IMG/VR virus record: IMGVR_UViG_3300037087_000760
Span: 146,984-210,983 of that record
Direction: 5' to 3' (one strand)
DNA length: 64,000 nucleotides
Position numbers and translations under genes: made by a program. Positions 9,759 through 19,830 of this stretch are shown here, piece after piece; the first letter of the stretch is position 1, and the number at the start of each line of letters is the position of its first letter. The notes under the pieces are model-generated. The model worked only from the letters and a program-made list of their open reading frames with translations, had not been told where the DNA came from and searched no databases.

Positions 9759-9767
9759 CAAAAATTT

Positions 9768-9839
9768 GGGTTGGTAGTACTAATGAAAAACGGCGGCCTG
9801 TTAAGCCGCGAGATGTGGGTTCAAGTCCCACCCGGCCCT
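9768..9839 (+). tRNA. tRNA-Asn(GTT), weak D arm
   Basis: GCGGC-CTGTTAA-GCCGC, intact acceptor and T arms. Confidence 0.8.
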
Positions 9840-9848
9840 CAATATTAT

Positions 9849-9922
9849 TCCTCAGTAGCTCAGCTGGTTAGAGCATTTGACTGTTAATCAAAGGGTCACA
9901 GGTCCAAATCCTGTCTGGGGAG
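9849..9922 (+). tRNA. tRNA-Asn(GTT)
   Basis: Canonical cloverleaf TCCTCAG...CTGGGGA-G. Confidence 0.93.
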
Positions 9923-9928
9923 CAAAAT

Positions 9929-10004
9929 TCGGAATGTTTGTCTGTGATTGGGTGCACCACACAGATAATAAAGGAAAAATGTGGTTCAATTCCACCATTC
10001 CGAG
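9929..10004 (+). ncRNA. tRNA-like RNA (acceptor + T arm + one hairpin), no clear anticodon
   Basis: TCGGAATG/CATTCCGA-G, TGTCTGTG/CACAGATA, GTGG-TTCAATT-CCAC. Confidence 0.55.
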
Positions 10005-10012
10005 CAAAAATA

Positions 10013-10104
10013 GGGAGTGTAGCTGATTTGGTTTAGCGGCAGACCGTTAATCTGTGACTGAAAATATTGAAATAAAGTTGGTTCGACCCCATCCTCTCCC
10101 GCCA
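10013..10104 (+). tRNA. tRNA-Asn(GTT) with long AT-rich variable region
   Basis: GCAGA-CCGTTAA-TCTGT, ends G-CCA. Confidence 0.75.
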
Positions 10105-10112
10105 GTACATAT

Positions 10113-10192
10113 TGTGGTGTATCCCCCATGTCTTATAAACATGCATTAAAAGGGTAATAGCGTGTATGTGGGTTCGAGTCCCACCACCACAA
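10113..10192 (+). tRNA. Atypical D-armless tRNA-Ile(TAT)-like
   Basis: TGTGGTG/CACCACA, CATGT-CTTATAA-ACATG, same architecture as 9677-9758. Confidence 0.7.
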
Positions 10193-10197
10193 CAAAT

Positions 10198-10269
10198 GGT
10201 CGGGTAAGCTAACGGTTAAACTGGATGTCTTATACACATCTTTTAAGAGTTCGAATCTCTTCCTGACTA
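10198..10269 (+). tRNA. tRNA-Ile(TAT)
   Basis: GATGT-CTTATAC-ACATC, cloverleaf. Confidence 0.88.
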
Positions 10270-10274
10270 CAAAT

Positions 10275-10350
10275 GGCGAGATAGCTCAGACGGTTTTAGA
10301 GCGTCGGATTCATAACCCGGAGGTCGAGGGTTCAACTCCCTCTCTCGCTA
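10275..10350 (+). tRNA. tRNA-Met(CAT), elongator type
   Basis: Cloverleaf, loop TTCATAA. Confidence 0.9.
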
Positions 10351-10358
10351 CCCAAAAT

Positions 10359-10430
10359 AGTCCTATGGCGTAACGCGAAGCGTGACTCCCCTTGAAGGAG
10401 ATGGTACTGGTTCGAATCCAGTTAGGACTG
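10359..10430 (+). tRNA. tRNA-Gln(TTG)
   Basis: AGTCCTA/TAGGACT-G, loop CCTTGAA. Confidence 0.82.
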
Positions 10431-10435
10431 CAAAT

Positions 10436-10521
10436 ATCAATGTGAACGGAATGGTTATCGTAGAGGTCTCATAAGCCTTTCAACTCGTTGAGTTGTGGTG
10501 GTTCGAATCCACTCATTGATA
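10436..10521 (+). tRNA. tRNA(CAT) Met or Ile2, long variable arm
   Basis: GAGGT-CTCATAA-GCCTT, CAACTC-GTT-GAGTTG variable hairpin. Confidence 0.8.
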
Positions 10522-10527
10522 CAAAAT

Positions 10528-10598
10528 AGTCCTGTGGTGTAACGGTAGCATGCGAGCCTTTGAAGCTTTGGGTACAGATTCGAATTCTGTCAGGACTG
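10528..10598 (+). tRNA. tRNA-Gln(TTG)
   Basis: Cloverleaf, loop CTTTGAA. Confidence 0.88.
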
Positions 10599-10604
10599 CA
10601 AAAT

Positions 10605-10677
10605 TGTTCTGTCGTATAATTGGCAGTACAGCACCCTCTGAAGGTGTATGGTGTAGGTTCGAGTCCTACTGGAACAG
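10605..10677 (+). tRNA. tRNA-Gln(CTG)
   Basis: Cloverleaf, loop CTCTGAA. Confidence 0.9.
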
Positions 10678-10682
10678 CAAAT

Positions 10683-10754
10683 GGTTCTGTGGTGTAATGC
10701 GTAGCACGAGTGATTCTGAATCACTTGGTTAAGGTTCGAATCCTTACAGAACTA
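10683..10754 (+). tRNA. tRNA-Gln(CTG)
   Basis: Cloverleaf, loop TTCTGAA. Confidence 0.88.
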
Positions 10755-10755
10755 C

Positions 10756-11070
10756 ATGAAAAAGGACATAAGAAAGACATTTCGTAAAGAGGTATTCACC
10801 AGAGATAAGTATACTTGTAAAGGATGTGATCAAAAACTTGATGAATCTGAATTGGATGCACATCACATCACTGACCGCAATGAAATGCCAAATGGTGGAT
10901 ATGTGAAAGAGAACGGTATAACTCTTTGTAAGAAAGATTGTCATATAAAAGCTGAAAAATTTCATATAACAGATGGAAAAGAATGGGTAGAGGGATTTCA
11001 TCCAGATGACTTATACGAGAAGATTGATTCATCTAAGGGGAAGGCTGTTTTAATGTCTCAAATTATTTAG
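10756..11070 (+). CDS. HNH endonuclease
   Basis: VFTRDKYTCKGC..DAHHI..NGITLC..CH. Confidence 0.9.
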   Translation: MKKDIRKTFRKEVFTRDKYTCKGCDQKLDESELDAHHITDRNEMPNGGYVKENGITLCKKDCHIKAEKFHITDGKEWVEGFHPDDLYEKIDSSKGKAVLMSQII

Positions 11071-11436
11071 AATAATGAGAAATAATTTTTTTATTGATTT
11101 AATTTTTGTATCTTTGTATTGTATAAATTTAAATTATATGAAACAGTTTATTAAACCATCAACATTCAAAGAAAGAAAAAAAAGACCAGATAAAACGAAA
11201 GTTGATGAATTTATCGAAAAGTTCAACAAACTTATAAAAAAGGGAGAATTAGAGGCTAATGATGTACTCAATAAACTCCCATACTTAAATGAATCTGAGT
11301 TTAATCTGGCTGTTGCTATTGCTCGTGAAAATGGTTGGCAATTAACTCAATTTGAAGATAATTACAACACGACATCTTACCAACTTACAGAAATAAAACT
11401 TTCTGTTTAAAAAACAATATATAATCATTGTTGTAT

Positions 11437-11507
11437 TGTCCTATGGTGTAATGGCAACACGTGGGTTTTTGGAGCCTTAGTTCTAAGTTCGAATCTTAGT
11501 AGGACAA
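11437..11507 (+). tRNA. tRNA-Gln(TTG), standalone
   Basis: TGTCCTA/TAGGACA, loop TTTTGGA; AATATATAAT upstream. Confidence 0.85.
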
Positions 11508-11512
11508 CTCTA

Positions 11513-11593
11513 TCACAATATACAAGAAGTCAACTACGATGGGAATCGAGGCCAACACGACAAGGATCAAACTTCGTTATAAAGATATTGTGG
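11513..11593 (+). ncRNA. About 80-nt structured RNA between tRNA-Gln and terminator
   Basis: TCACAATAT/ATATTGTGG and GAAGT/ACTTC stems. Confidence 0.45.
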
Positions 11594-11602
11594 ATTTTTT
11601 CT

Positions 11603-11628
11603 CCCAACCCGAAAGGGTTGGGTTTTTT
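11603..11628 (+). terminator. Intrinsic terminator
   Basis: CCCAACCC-GAAA-GGGTTGGG-TTTTTT. Confidence 0.9.
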
Positions 11629-11854
11629 ATTAAATTAATTATGATTAACATGAGTACAATTTTAGAACAGAGAATCAAGATGGATAACGATGTCTTAAAA
11701 CGAATAAGACGCGAGATCTTAAAGAGTGCCAAGAAAGGTAATTTATATTACTATTGGGAAGTTACTGGATTGAATGAATCCACTATCAGATATATTGTTG
11801 ATATATTGGAATCTGAGGGAAAAATGTTTAAGAATAAAGGAAGTTGTAAGATTA

Positions 11855-12847
11855 TCAGGTGGTAATTGGTTGTTTATTACTATATTCATTTTTTAAAATA
11901 TTCATCATATCTATATGATTATGAACAGTTTTTATCTGATAAATATGGTCTAATCCGTATTCCTTTATTATATTATCTATTCTTTCCTTTTCCATTCCAT
12001 GCGAACTATAATCACTTACTCTTCTTCCACCTTCTTCTTTAAAATATAAAATACTTCCCTTTGGGATCTTGAATGATTTATCATTAACAGCCCATTCTCC
12101 CTCAGTTTCGAATGTTACACTATTTATTTCAAAGGCTTTTGAAAAAAGTTTCCTCAGTTCAGGAAATTCTAATTTGTCTTTTATGTAATCTTCAATTGGT
12201 TTCCAATTTTTCCAAGGATAATCCTTTGTCATTGGATAATCAACAACATATTCTTTTAGCATTTCCAAAATTATCTTGACAAAATCATCAAGATTATTTA
12301 TATGTAATTGACCTAAATGATAAAGATCATCTATTTTTTCCGACAAAGTATAATGAATATCCTGAATATAATTAATTATACCGTTTTTATCATGATAAGT
12401 ATCAAATTTAAGTCCACCATCTCTTTTTTTCTTAATATTTCTATAAGCTAAATTTTGAAACAATTTATCTAATGCCCCAGTGAAGGTTATATCTCTTTTA
12501 CGGCCATTTTTATATTCGATAAATTGTGGATCATTCATTACTAATCTTCTCCAGTACTTAAAATTTTGTTTACAAAAGAAATCTGGATTGAAGTATTCTA
12601 TGGGTTCTAAGTTTTTATTCAATTTCAAGACTTCAGAACCATTCATTATGACAAGCAACTCTCTGATGTCAAACCAGTGTTTTGCTATCCCATAATGGTC
12701 TGAAATTCCCTTTAAATTCAAAAATTCCATCCTCATTAAAGAATCCCACACTTTATCATCTCCAACTCTTAAAACTAAATAGAACCAATTAGGTTCATTC
12801 TTGGGAATCCATTTCTTTTCGAATATTTGAAAATCAGTAATCATCAA
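11855..12847 (-). CDS. Hypothetical protein with N-terminal capsid-targeting-like tag
   Basis: MITDFQIFE start; ExE-like ETEGEW near C-terminus. Confidence 0.55.
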   Translation of the reverse strand: MMITDFQIFEKKWIPKNEPNWFYLVLRVGDDKVWDSLMRMEFLNLKGISDHYGIAKHWFDIRELLVIMNGSEVLKLNKNLEPIEYFNPDFFCKQNFKYWRRLVMNDPQFIEYKNGRKRDITFTGALDKLFQNLAYRNIKKKRDGGLKFDTYHDKNGIINYIQDIHYTLSEKIDDLYHLGQLHINNLDDFVKIILEMLKEYVVDYPMTKDYPWKNWKPIEDYIKDKLEFPELRKLFSKAFEINSVTFETEGEWAVNDKSFKIPKGSILYFKEEGGRRVSDYSSHGMEKERIDNIIKEYGLDHIYQIKTVHNHIDMMNILKNEYSNKQPITT

Positions 12848-12872
12848 TGTATATATTATTTTTTATGGGCAC

Positions 12873-12896
12873 AAAAAAACCGTGAATTCACGGTTT
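12873..12896 (-). terminator. Intrinsic terminator
   Basis: AAACCGTG-AATT-CACGGTTT with U-tract on - strand. Confidence 0.75.
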
Positions 12897-13543
12897 AATG
12901 TTATATTATATTAGAAGTTAAAAGTTAATACCAGTATAATCAATAAGATCTTTCATATGTTCATTCTTATGTCCTTCGGCGTGTTCCATAGCTTCAAAGA
13001 TATCTGTCTTACTTCTTTCAGTTTTGAATCCATTTGTAATTATATCAACATATTTAGGATCTGTCCAACTTTTAAATCCAGTTCCATTGATTGCATATGG
13101 GTTGAATCCCCAATGAGCTTTACACTCAACACCATCTTCAATTGTTGGTTGAAAAAAATCCAAAGATCCATAATTTCCAACAAAAAATCTTTTCTTTGTT
13201 AGTTTATCTTCAAACATCAATCTATATACATTCTTTAAGTCTATCCAATAATATCCGTAGCAAATTCTATATCCGTATTTTTGGGTTTCGCTGAATTTAT
13301 TTGGATTGAATGAAACATTTATCTTTTTTGGATTTTTTGCTTCTATTACTTTATAGTAATTGTCGAATGTAATTCCAATCTCATGAAATTGACCATCTAT
13401 TAATCCTGCATAAGATCTCCAACCCAGACCAAAAGCACAATCATACCAATCCCATTCACGGGCAGGGATATTCTCTTTATAAAGTGGTTGAACGACTAAC
13501 TTTCCTTTACGGATAGTCAGTCTTTCAATCGGATTTATTGTTT

Positions 13544-13729
13544 TCATTTTCTGACGGCTAAAAGAATGATACCGAAAATAATTATAATTACTGCAAAAGG
13601 AATCCACAATGGAGAAGTAACCCACCACCATGACCATGTTATAGCACCTGTTAATTTAAGAATTAGGAATACGATGAACAATACTGTTCCGAAACTCATT
13701 CCACCACTTGCTGTTGAATTTTTTGACAT
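13544..13729 (-). CDS. Small phage membrane protein
   Basis: Two hydrophobic helices, LKLTGAITWSWWWVTSPLW. Confidence 0.75.
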   Translation of the reverse strand: MSKNSTASGGMSFGTVLFIVFLILKLTGAITWSWWWVTSPLWIPFAVIIIIFGIILLAVRK

Positions 13730-14253
13730 AATATTAATTTTTAATTGTTATTACTTAATAATTGTTGATAATAATTATATTTGTATTTATCATAGTTATC
13801 TTTTGTCATAAAAAGTAGATATATTGTTCCTTTATTAATATTTTTGATTAACCAACGATATACAAATGTATTTCCTTTTGGTTCTTTCCATATATTATTT
13901 TTCTTGTCAAAATTATCAGCATCCGTAGAATTAATAAAGGCTCTTAGATATTTATTGTCGTAATCTTCAATATAAAGTTTGAAAAGGTCAGTATTATACT
14001 CCATCATAATTATATAGAAGTAACAAAAATCACTCTTAGTAAAATAATATAAATTTGTACTCGATTGAAATTTAATCACTATGGAATAATAACCACTATC
14101 TATTTTTTCGGGTTTACTAATAGAAATAGAAATTGGTTTCAATTGTTTCAGAATGTTTTTTTTGGTTTCACCTATAAATGATTGTGAAAATACGAAATTG
14201 AACATTACAATACCAACGAGTGTTAAAAATAGTTTTTTCATTATCATTTGATT

Positions 14254-15120
14254 TTAGATTCCTAATAAATGTTTTGCTAGTGAAACCTCTGGGATATGTT
14301 GAAAATAGTACATTACTCCGAATAAAGATAGAGCCAATGAAAAGAAGAAAAACAAAGCCCATCCAATTTGTTTGTGGGTCATACTTTGATAATTATGTAA
14401 TTTTTTCCATTCGAACCAAATTTCGATAACTCCCAGAATCATAAGTAAAGCAAATAATCCTATTTTTAACCAGAAAAACAGAACAGTTGAAGCTAATAGT
14501 CCAAATGATAAAATTCCCAATCCCAACCAAGATTTTAATGAGAAACCAATTGATTTAAATATTCTTCCACCATCCAATGGACTTATTGGTAAAAGGTTGA
14601 ATAAATTTACAAAGGCCATCCATCCGGCTATCGCCGCGAATAATGGATTCAGAGTAATAAAATATACTATTCCAGTAATAATAGTTAGGGCAAATCCCCA
14701 AACTGGTCCCATTATAGCAACAACGAATTCCGTATTTCTTGATTTGAAATCATTCTCAATAACAGCGGCACCACCAATGAATGGTATAAAATAAATGCCC
14801 TTAACTTTTAATCCATGTCTTTTGGCAGCCCATATATGACCAGATTCATGAACAAATAAACAAACCATGATAGCTATGGCGAATGTCCAAGTAGTGAGAA
14901 ATGCATAACTCACAACACTTCCAACGGCCAAACCTATTTTTACCACCTTTGCCCCTTTTAATAATTTTGTTACAACTGGAATGGCTTTAGATCCAATTTT
15001 TCCAAGAGCCACAAAAAATCCTACAAAGATATTTTTCTTCTTCGGTTTTTCTTCAATCTTTGGTTGATAATTATAAGATGCTTTTACAAAAATTTTTTCT
15101 GGTTTTTCTCCAATCATCAT
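14254..15120 (-). CDS. Site-2 protease (peptidase M50)
   Basis: HESGH, NLLPISPLDGG, multiple TM segments. Confidence 0.92.
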   Translation of the reverse strand: MMIGEKPEKIFVKASYNYQPKIEEKPKKKNIFVGFFVALGKIGSKAIPVVTKLLKGAKVVKIGLAVGSVVSYAFLTTWTFAIAIMVCLFVHESGHIWAAKRHGLKVKGIYFIPFIGGAAVIENDFKSRNTEFVVAIMGPVWGFALTIITGIVYFITLNPLFAAIAGWMAFVNLFNLLPISPLDGGRIFKSIGFSLKSWLGLGILSFGLLASTVLFFWLKIGLFALLMILGVIEIWFEWKKLHNYQSMTHKQIGWALFFFFSLALSLFGVMYYFQHIPEVSLAKHLLGI

Positions 15121-15731
15121 AATGTAACTTTTTTGAGGTTATAAATTTTTATCCAGTTTATAAATCCATAAATTGCCGTTCCTGTAAAAATCAATGATTC
15201 TATAGCGACAAGGTATATTCCACTAAATCCAAACAAAAAAACACAAACTATATCACTTATTATCCAGACTAACCAAGATTCAATGTATTTAAAGGATAGT
15301 AGGTTGACACCAAGGATACTGAGAACTGTTACTGTGATGTCTAAGAATAGGTTTGCTGACTGTTTTTCTACTGGAAGTATCTGTCGAACTATGAAATCAA
15401 TAACAAAAATGGAAATTATAGTAATTATACTCCAAATTAGACGCTGTTTATTCGTCAACCATCTTAATCCCTTACCTTCGTTTTTATCTGTTTTTCTCCA
15501 ATAAAATATGGCAACAATACAGATGTAAGTAAAGTAAATTTGTAGAATGGCATTAGCGTAAAGTGAATTATTCCAGAAAAGAAAGAAGAAACACACTTGA
15601 CCGATAATACTACAAATCCAATTCCACCAATTAGCTTTTGTGGCAAATATAACGGAAACAAAATTGAAAATCGATCCGATCAATTCCAAGTAAGTTAAAT
15701 GATAACCATATATTGTTAAGGCTGTTTCCAT
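15117..15731 (-). CDS. pnuC: Nicotinamide riboside / vitamin transporter, PnuC family
   Basis: WNW, LYANAILQIYF, ESWLVWIISD, YGFINW. Confidence 0.9.
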   Translation of the reverse strand: METALTIYGYHLTYLELIGSIFNFVSVIFATKANWWNWICSIIGQVCFFFLFWNNSLYANAILQIYFTYICIVAIFYWRKTDKNEGKGLRWLTNKQRLIWSIITIISIFVIDFIVRQILPVEKQSANLFLDITVTVLSILGVNLLSFKYIESWLVWIISDIVCVFLFGFSGIYLVAIESLIFTGTAIYGFINWIKIYNLKKVTL

Positions 15732-16220
15732 TATATTAAGTTAAATTCATAAATTTTTCTCGTAAAGATTCTTCCATATTTTGTAGAAAAATTTGTTTGT
15801 TTTGTAAAACCCATTCAACAGCTTCCTGTGATGATGTGAAATAATCCTTTTCGAGTACAAGATCTTTAATATCCATTATCATATATCGTTTAGGTAATGA
15901 ATATAAAGCTCCATTTCTATCATAACAATTAGATCCCTGAATATTATAATCTGCCACTAAAATGTGTCTCCACACACCATCATCTGATGGTTTCCCAAAA
16001 ATTGTATTACTCCATGCTGGTAAACCAATATTATAAATCTCTAATTCACAAAAATTATTCATTTTTGAATTTTCAGAAAATATAAAATATTGACATAACC
16101 CACAAACAATGCCACAATAGAAATACTGAAAACAACCAAAAAGGATGAAAGAAATCACCATCTAAATATGATTTTTCACCCGGTATAATCATAAATCCAC
16201 CAAAGATTGGTATCCAAAAT

Positions 16221-17018
16221 TTAATTTTTTCCATTTTCTTTTATAAATTCATCAATATGTTTAAGTCCACATTGGGTTTGTAATATATCATTGATATCCA
16301 TGTTGAAATTGGCATAATCCCTATGACTATGATCTTCATTTAATAATTTAGTAATTAATTCAATACAATAATTACCCCATACCCTTTTAATCTCCTTTAC
16401 TCTCCAACTATCATTGAGGGCTTTATTATATTCAAATTCTCGTTTTTCTATCAATGAATTGAATTTCTCTGATAAATCATTTTCATCGAACTTGACTTTT
16501 TTTGACTGTTCGATTTCCCAGAGATAATAATATACAGTATCTAAGTGTGATTTTATTATATCAGAAGAAGAAACCCAATTCCATTTCTCTTTTTTCCATT
16601 CATGTTGACAATCATTACATTTGTTAACTTCATTCGTATCCATTTCTCCGTGCATACTACCACTCATACTACCAGAAAATAAGAAAAAATCTCCTTCCAC
16701 ATGACCATCTACCTGACCTTGAACTCTCTTTATTCTATCGTTTACTTTCGAACTACCACATTTGGGACATTTATTATTGTGTCTGTTAGCATAACCTTTG
16801 TCCTTTTCCTCTTTCTCTGAAGCTTCATTTTTACAAATTTCATCGAATGATTGATATTGATTCTTTAAAACAGCCAATCTTTTTTCCTTAATAACAGGAT
16901 CGACAGATTCGAGTTCTATTTTCTGAAAAGATCTTTTAATTGAATGCCAAACACCATACCAATTAGTAGTGAATATAATGAATAATACTACTACAGCAAC
17001 AATAAAAATATATTCCAT
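16221..17018 (-). CDS. Membrane-anchored zinc-ribbon protein
   Basis: N-terminal TM, CPKC...CNDC. Confidence 0.6.
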   Translation of the reverse strand: MEYIFIVAVVVLFIIFTTNWYGVWHSIKRSFQKIELESVDPVIKEKRLAVLKNQYQSFDEICKNEASEKEEKDKGYANRHNNKCPKCGSSKVNDRIKRVQGQVDGHVEGDFFLFSGSMSGSMHGEMDTNEVNKCNDCQHEWKKEKWNWVSSSDIIKSHLDTVYYYLWEIEQSKKVKFDENDLSEKFNSLIEKREFEYNKALNDSWRVKEIKRVWGNYCIELITKLLNEDHSHRDYANFNMDINDILQTQCGLKHIDEFIKENGKN

Positions 17019-17887
17019 AATTATTTAGTTTATCAATTTTACTAAATGTATGAAAAATAAGTGGAATAAAAAAATTAAATTTGGATAAATTTACCAGTAA
17101 TCATCCCTTTGCGAATCCATCTCATTAGGGTAATAGATTTGAATGTTGGAGTAAAATATATATCTTTGTTCTCTTTCTCGTCAAGAGTATCAATTTGTAA
17201 TTCATAATAAGTATCGTCTACCTTTATATGATAGTAAACCCATCCATTACAAATATGAGATAATTTAGCTGTTGTTCCGTTTACTATTTCAGTTAGTGTG
17301 TGTTTATAGTCCATTACTTTTTTGCTAATTTTTTGGTATATTTAATGATATTTTTTGTGTTGTTATTTAATCTTTTAATTTCGTCTGGAGACATTTTAAT
17401 CAACATCTGTTCTGGTGTCCATTCGGTAATTCTCCTTATAACCTCGACATCTTCTACTATATAATTATATTTGGGTATTTCCTGTTTTAACATTTCTATT
17501 TGATGTTGAATATCTCGTTCCTTTTTAGCGTCATCACAATCACATTCCCAATATTCATCATAATCATCCCATTTTTTCTTTTCTTCTTCACCACAATATA
17601 AGCAAATATGACTTATATAACCTATTTCATCGATGAATTTTCTTTCATTTTTTCTTAGCTTTCTCATAAATCTATGTTGTATTTCTCTTTGATTTCTTCT
17701 TTGGTATATAGGTGATAATTACAATCCTCATATTCTCCCCATTCCAATATACAATGATAAAGTTGAGGTTCGCTCCATCCAGATTTAATAATCTTCAAAC
17801 CAACTATATTTTGAGTATCAATATAAGATCTAACAAGTTGTTCAGAACTTTTTTCAAAATTGAGTTTTATTACATCTAATCCGTCAT

Positions 17888-18088
17888 TCAATCCTGACAT
17901 ACTTCATCCTCCTCTTCTCCATTATTAAATCCTTTGCCATAAAATGGGCCACTGGTTTCATCGGTTTCGATTTTTTCATCATCTTCTAAACCGTTATTAA
18001 AACCTTTACCATAAAAAGGACCAGATTGTTCATCTACTGGTTTCTTTTTCTTTTTAGGTTCATCTTCTTCGTATTTTCCATACCACAT
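17888..18088 (-). CDS. Small acidic protein with duplicated SGPFYGKGFNNG
   Basis: Exact 12-aa internal repeat. Confidence 0.6.
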   Translation of the reverse strand: MWYGKYEEDEPKKKKKPVDEQSGPFYGKGFNNGLEDDEKIETDETSGPFYGKGFNNGEEEDEVCQD

Positions 18089-18431
18089 ACTATTTATATA
18101 TGATTTTTCAAGGAAAGTTTTTTTATTTCACTATTTTTTCGTACTTTTGTAGTCTAATAAATTCTCTTATGAAAATAGATAAGGTAATACATGGATTTAC
18201 TTTCAGGTACAATGTATCTCTTATTCCGAATACGATGAAATGTAAGGTCTATTTCTTATCAAAGGATGAAGAAGTAATCGGAGAAATAAGCCCTGATTTC
18301 AAATATATTATCCTACCCGATACTTACACCAGCCCATATATAACTGATTATGGTAATGTGAAAGTCGGAAAATTAAAGATGAATAAGTTTCAACAGGCAG
18401 ATGCTCGTGATTACAATTCCATAAATACAAA

Positions 18432-18827
18432 ATGAAAATAAGTGATTTTTTAAAAGGACAAGGTGTTTTCAGTAATGAAATTAAAGCCAGATTCCAAAAC
18501 GGACAAATCAAAATAAATGGGGAGTCCGTTAAGGAAGATATTGATTTGAATGTGAAAAAACAAATTCCAGATCCAAAAGTTGATGATATTCCATTTGAAG
18601 CTGGAGATTGGATTTTTCACAATTTAATAACTTCGTTATCAGAGGATAAAAAGAAAAAACTATTTCTCATTACTACCTTATTTGATATTGAAACTCTGTT
18701 CTCAGGTGGATGTCAGATTAACGACAAACCAGTTGAAGATATTTTACCAGAATTGAATATTATGAAAGGTCATATATTTTTAAAAACTTCCAAAAAACAA
18801 TGTTTCATCCTAAAACTTAACAAATAA
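18432..18827 (+). CDS. S4-like RNA-binding protein (resembles TyrRS C-terminal domain)
   Basis: SNEIKARFQNGQIKINGESV and C-terminal FLKTSKKQCFIL. Confidence 0.5.
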   Translation: MKISDFLKGQGVFSNEIKARFQNGQIKINGESVKEDIDLNVKKQIPDPKVDDIPFEAGDWIFHNLITSLSEDKKKKLFLITTLFDIETLFSGGCQINDKPVEDILPELNIMKGHIFLKTSKKQCFILKLNK

Positions 18828-18835
18828 AAACTAAT

Positions 18836-19825
18836 ATGACTAACAAAAAAGATAAAAAAATAGGACTTGTATTTGGAAAGTTCATGCCCCTTCATAATGG
18901 ACACATGGCCTTGATTCGATTTGCACAATCTCAGTGTGATAAACTATATGTATTGTTATGTGAGGCTAATGATGAACCAATATGTGGAAAAATTCGATTA
19001 GGATGGTTATTGGACACATTCAAAGATGATTTGAACATAGAAGTGAGAATTACTGATGTTCAATTACCATTAGTTCCCTATTCATCTAAATTAATAGCTA
19101 AAATGTGGGCCAAATTTTTCAAGGAAGAATTTCCTGATGTGAATATTCTATTTACTTCGGAAAGATATGGTGATTTCACAGCAGAATTCATGGGTATAAA
19201 ACATATACTTTTTGATAATGACAGAGAAGAAGTTTTTGTATCAGCCACCAAGATTCGTAATCATCCACTCATTTATTGGGATTATATTCCCGACATTGTA
19301 AAACCGTACTTTGTTAAGAAAATTTGTATTTGTGGAACAGAATCAACGGGAAAAAGTATATTAACCGAAAAACTTGCTAAGAGATTTCATACTAACTTTG
19401 TTCCAGAATGGGGTAGAACTTTATGTCCGTCTACAACTGAATGTACCATAGATATAATTAAACAAATCGGTAAATCCCACGCTACTGACATTCACAATAA
19501 AATACAATTCTCACATAAATTTTTATTTTCAGATACCGACCTGAATACAACAAAAATGTATTCCTATTTCTTATTCAATGAAATACCGAAATTTGATGAT
19601 TGGATTGAACAAGAAAATAAGTTCGATTTGTACATTTTTCTTGAAAACGATGCCCCTTTTATTCAGGATGGAACACGACTGACAAAAGAAAGAAGGGATG
19701 AACTACGAGATTACCATTACGACTACCTTATATCTCAAGGATGTAAAGTTGAAATTGTAACTGGTAGTGATTGGGAAATCAGGTATGAAAAAGCTGTCAG
19801 AATAATTGAGGAAAATTTCGGATAA
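18836..19825 (+). CDS. nadR: NadR-type NMN adenylyltransferase / ribosylnicotinamide kinase (no HTH)
   Basis: FGKFMPLHNGH, SATKIR, P-loop GTESTGKS, EWGR, DTD, QDGTR. Confidence 0.93.
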   Translation: MTNKKDKKIGLVFGKFMPLHNGHMALIRFAQSQCDKLYVLLCEANDEPICGKIRLGWLLDTFKDDLNIEVRITDVQLPLVPYSSKLIAKMWAKFFKEEFPDVNILFTSERYGDFTAEFMGIKHILFDNDREEVFVSATKIRNHPLIYWDYIPDIVKPYFVKKICICGTESTGKSILTEKLAKRFHTNFVPEWGRTLCPSTTECTIDIIKQIGKSHATDIHNKIQFSHKFLFSDTDLNTTKMYSYFLFNEIPKFDDWIEQENKFDLYIFLENDAPFIQDGTRLTKERRDELRDYHYDYLISQGCKVEIVTGSDWEIRYEKAVRIIEENFG

Positions 19826-19830
19826 GAATC

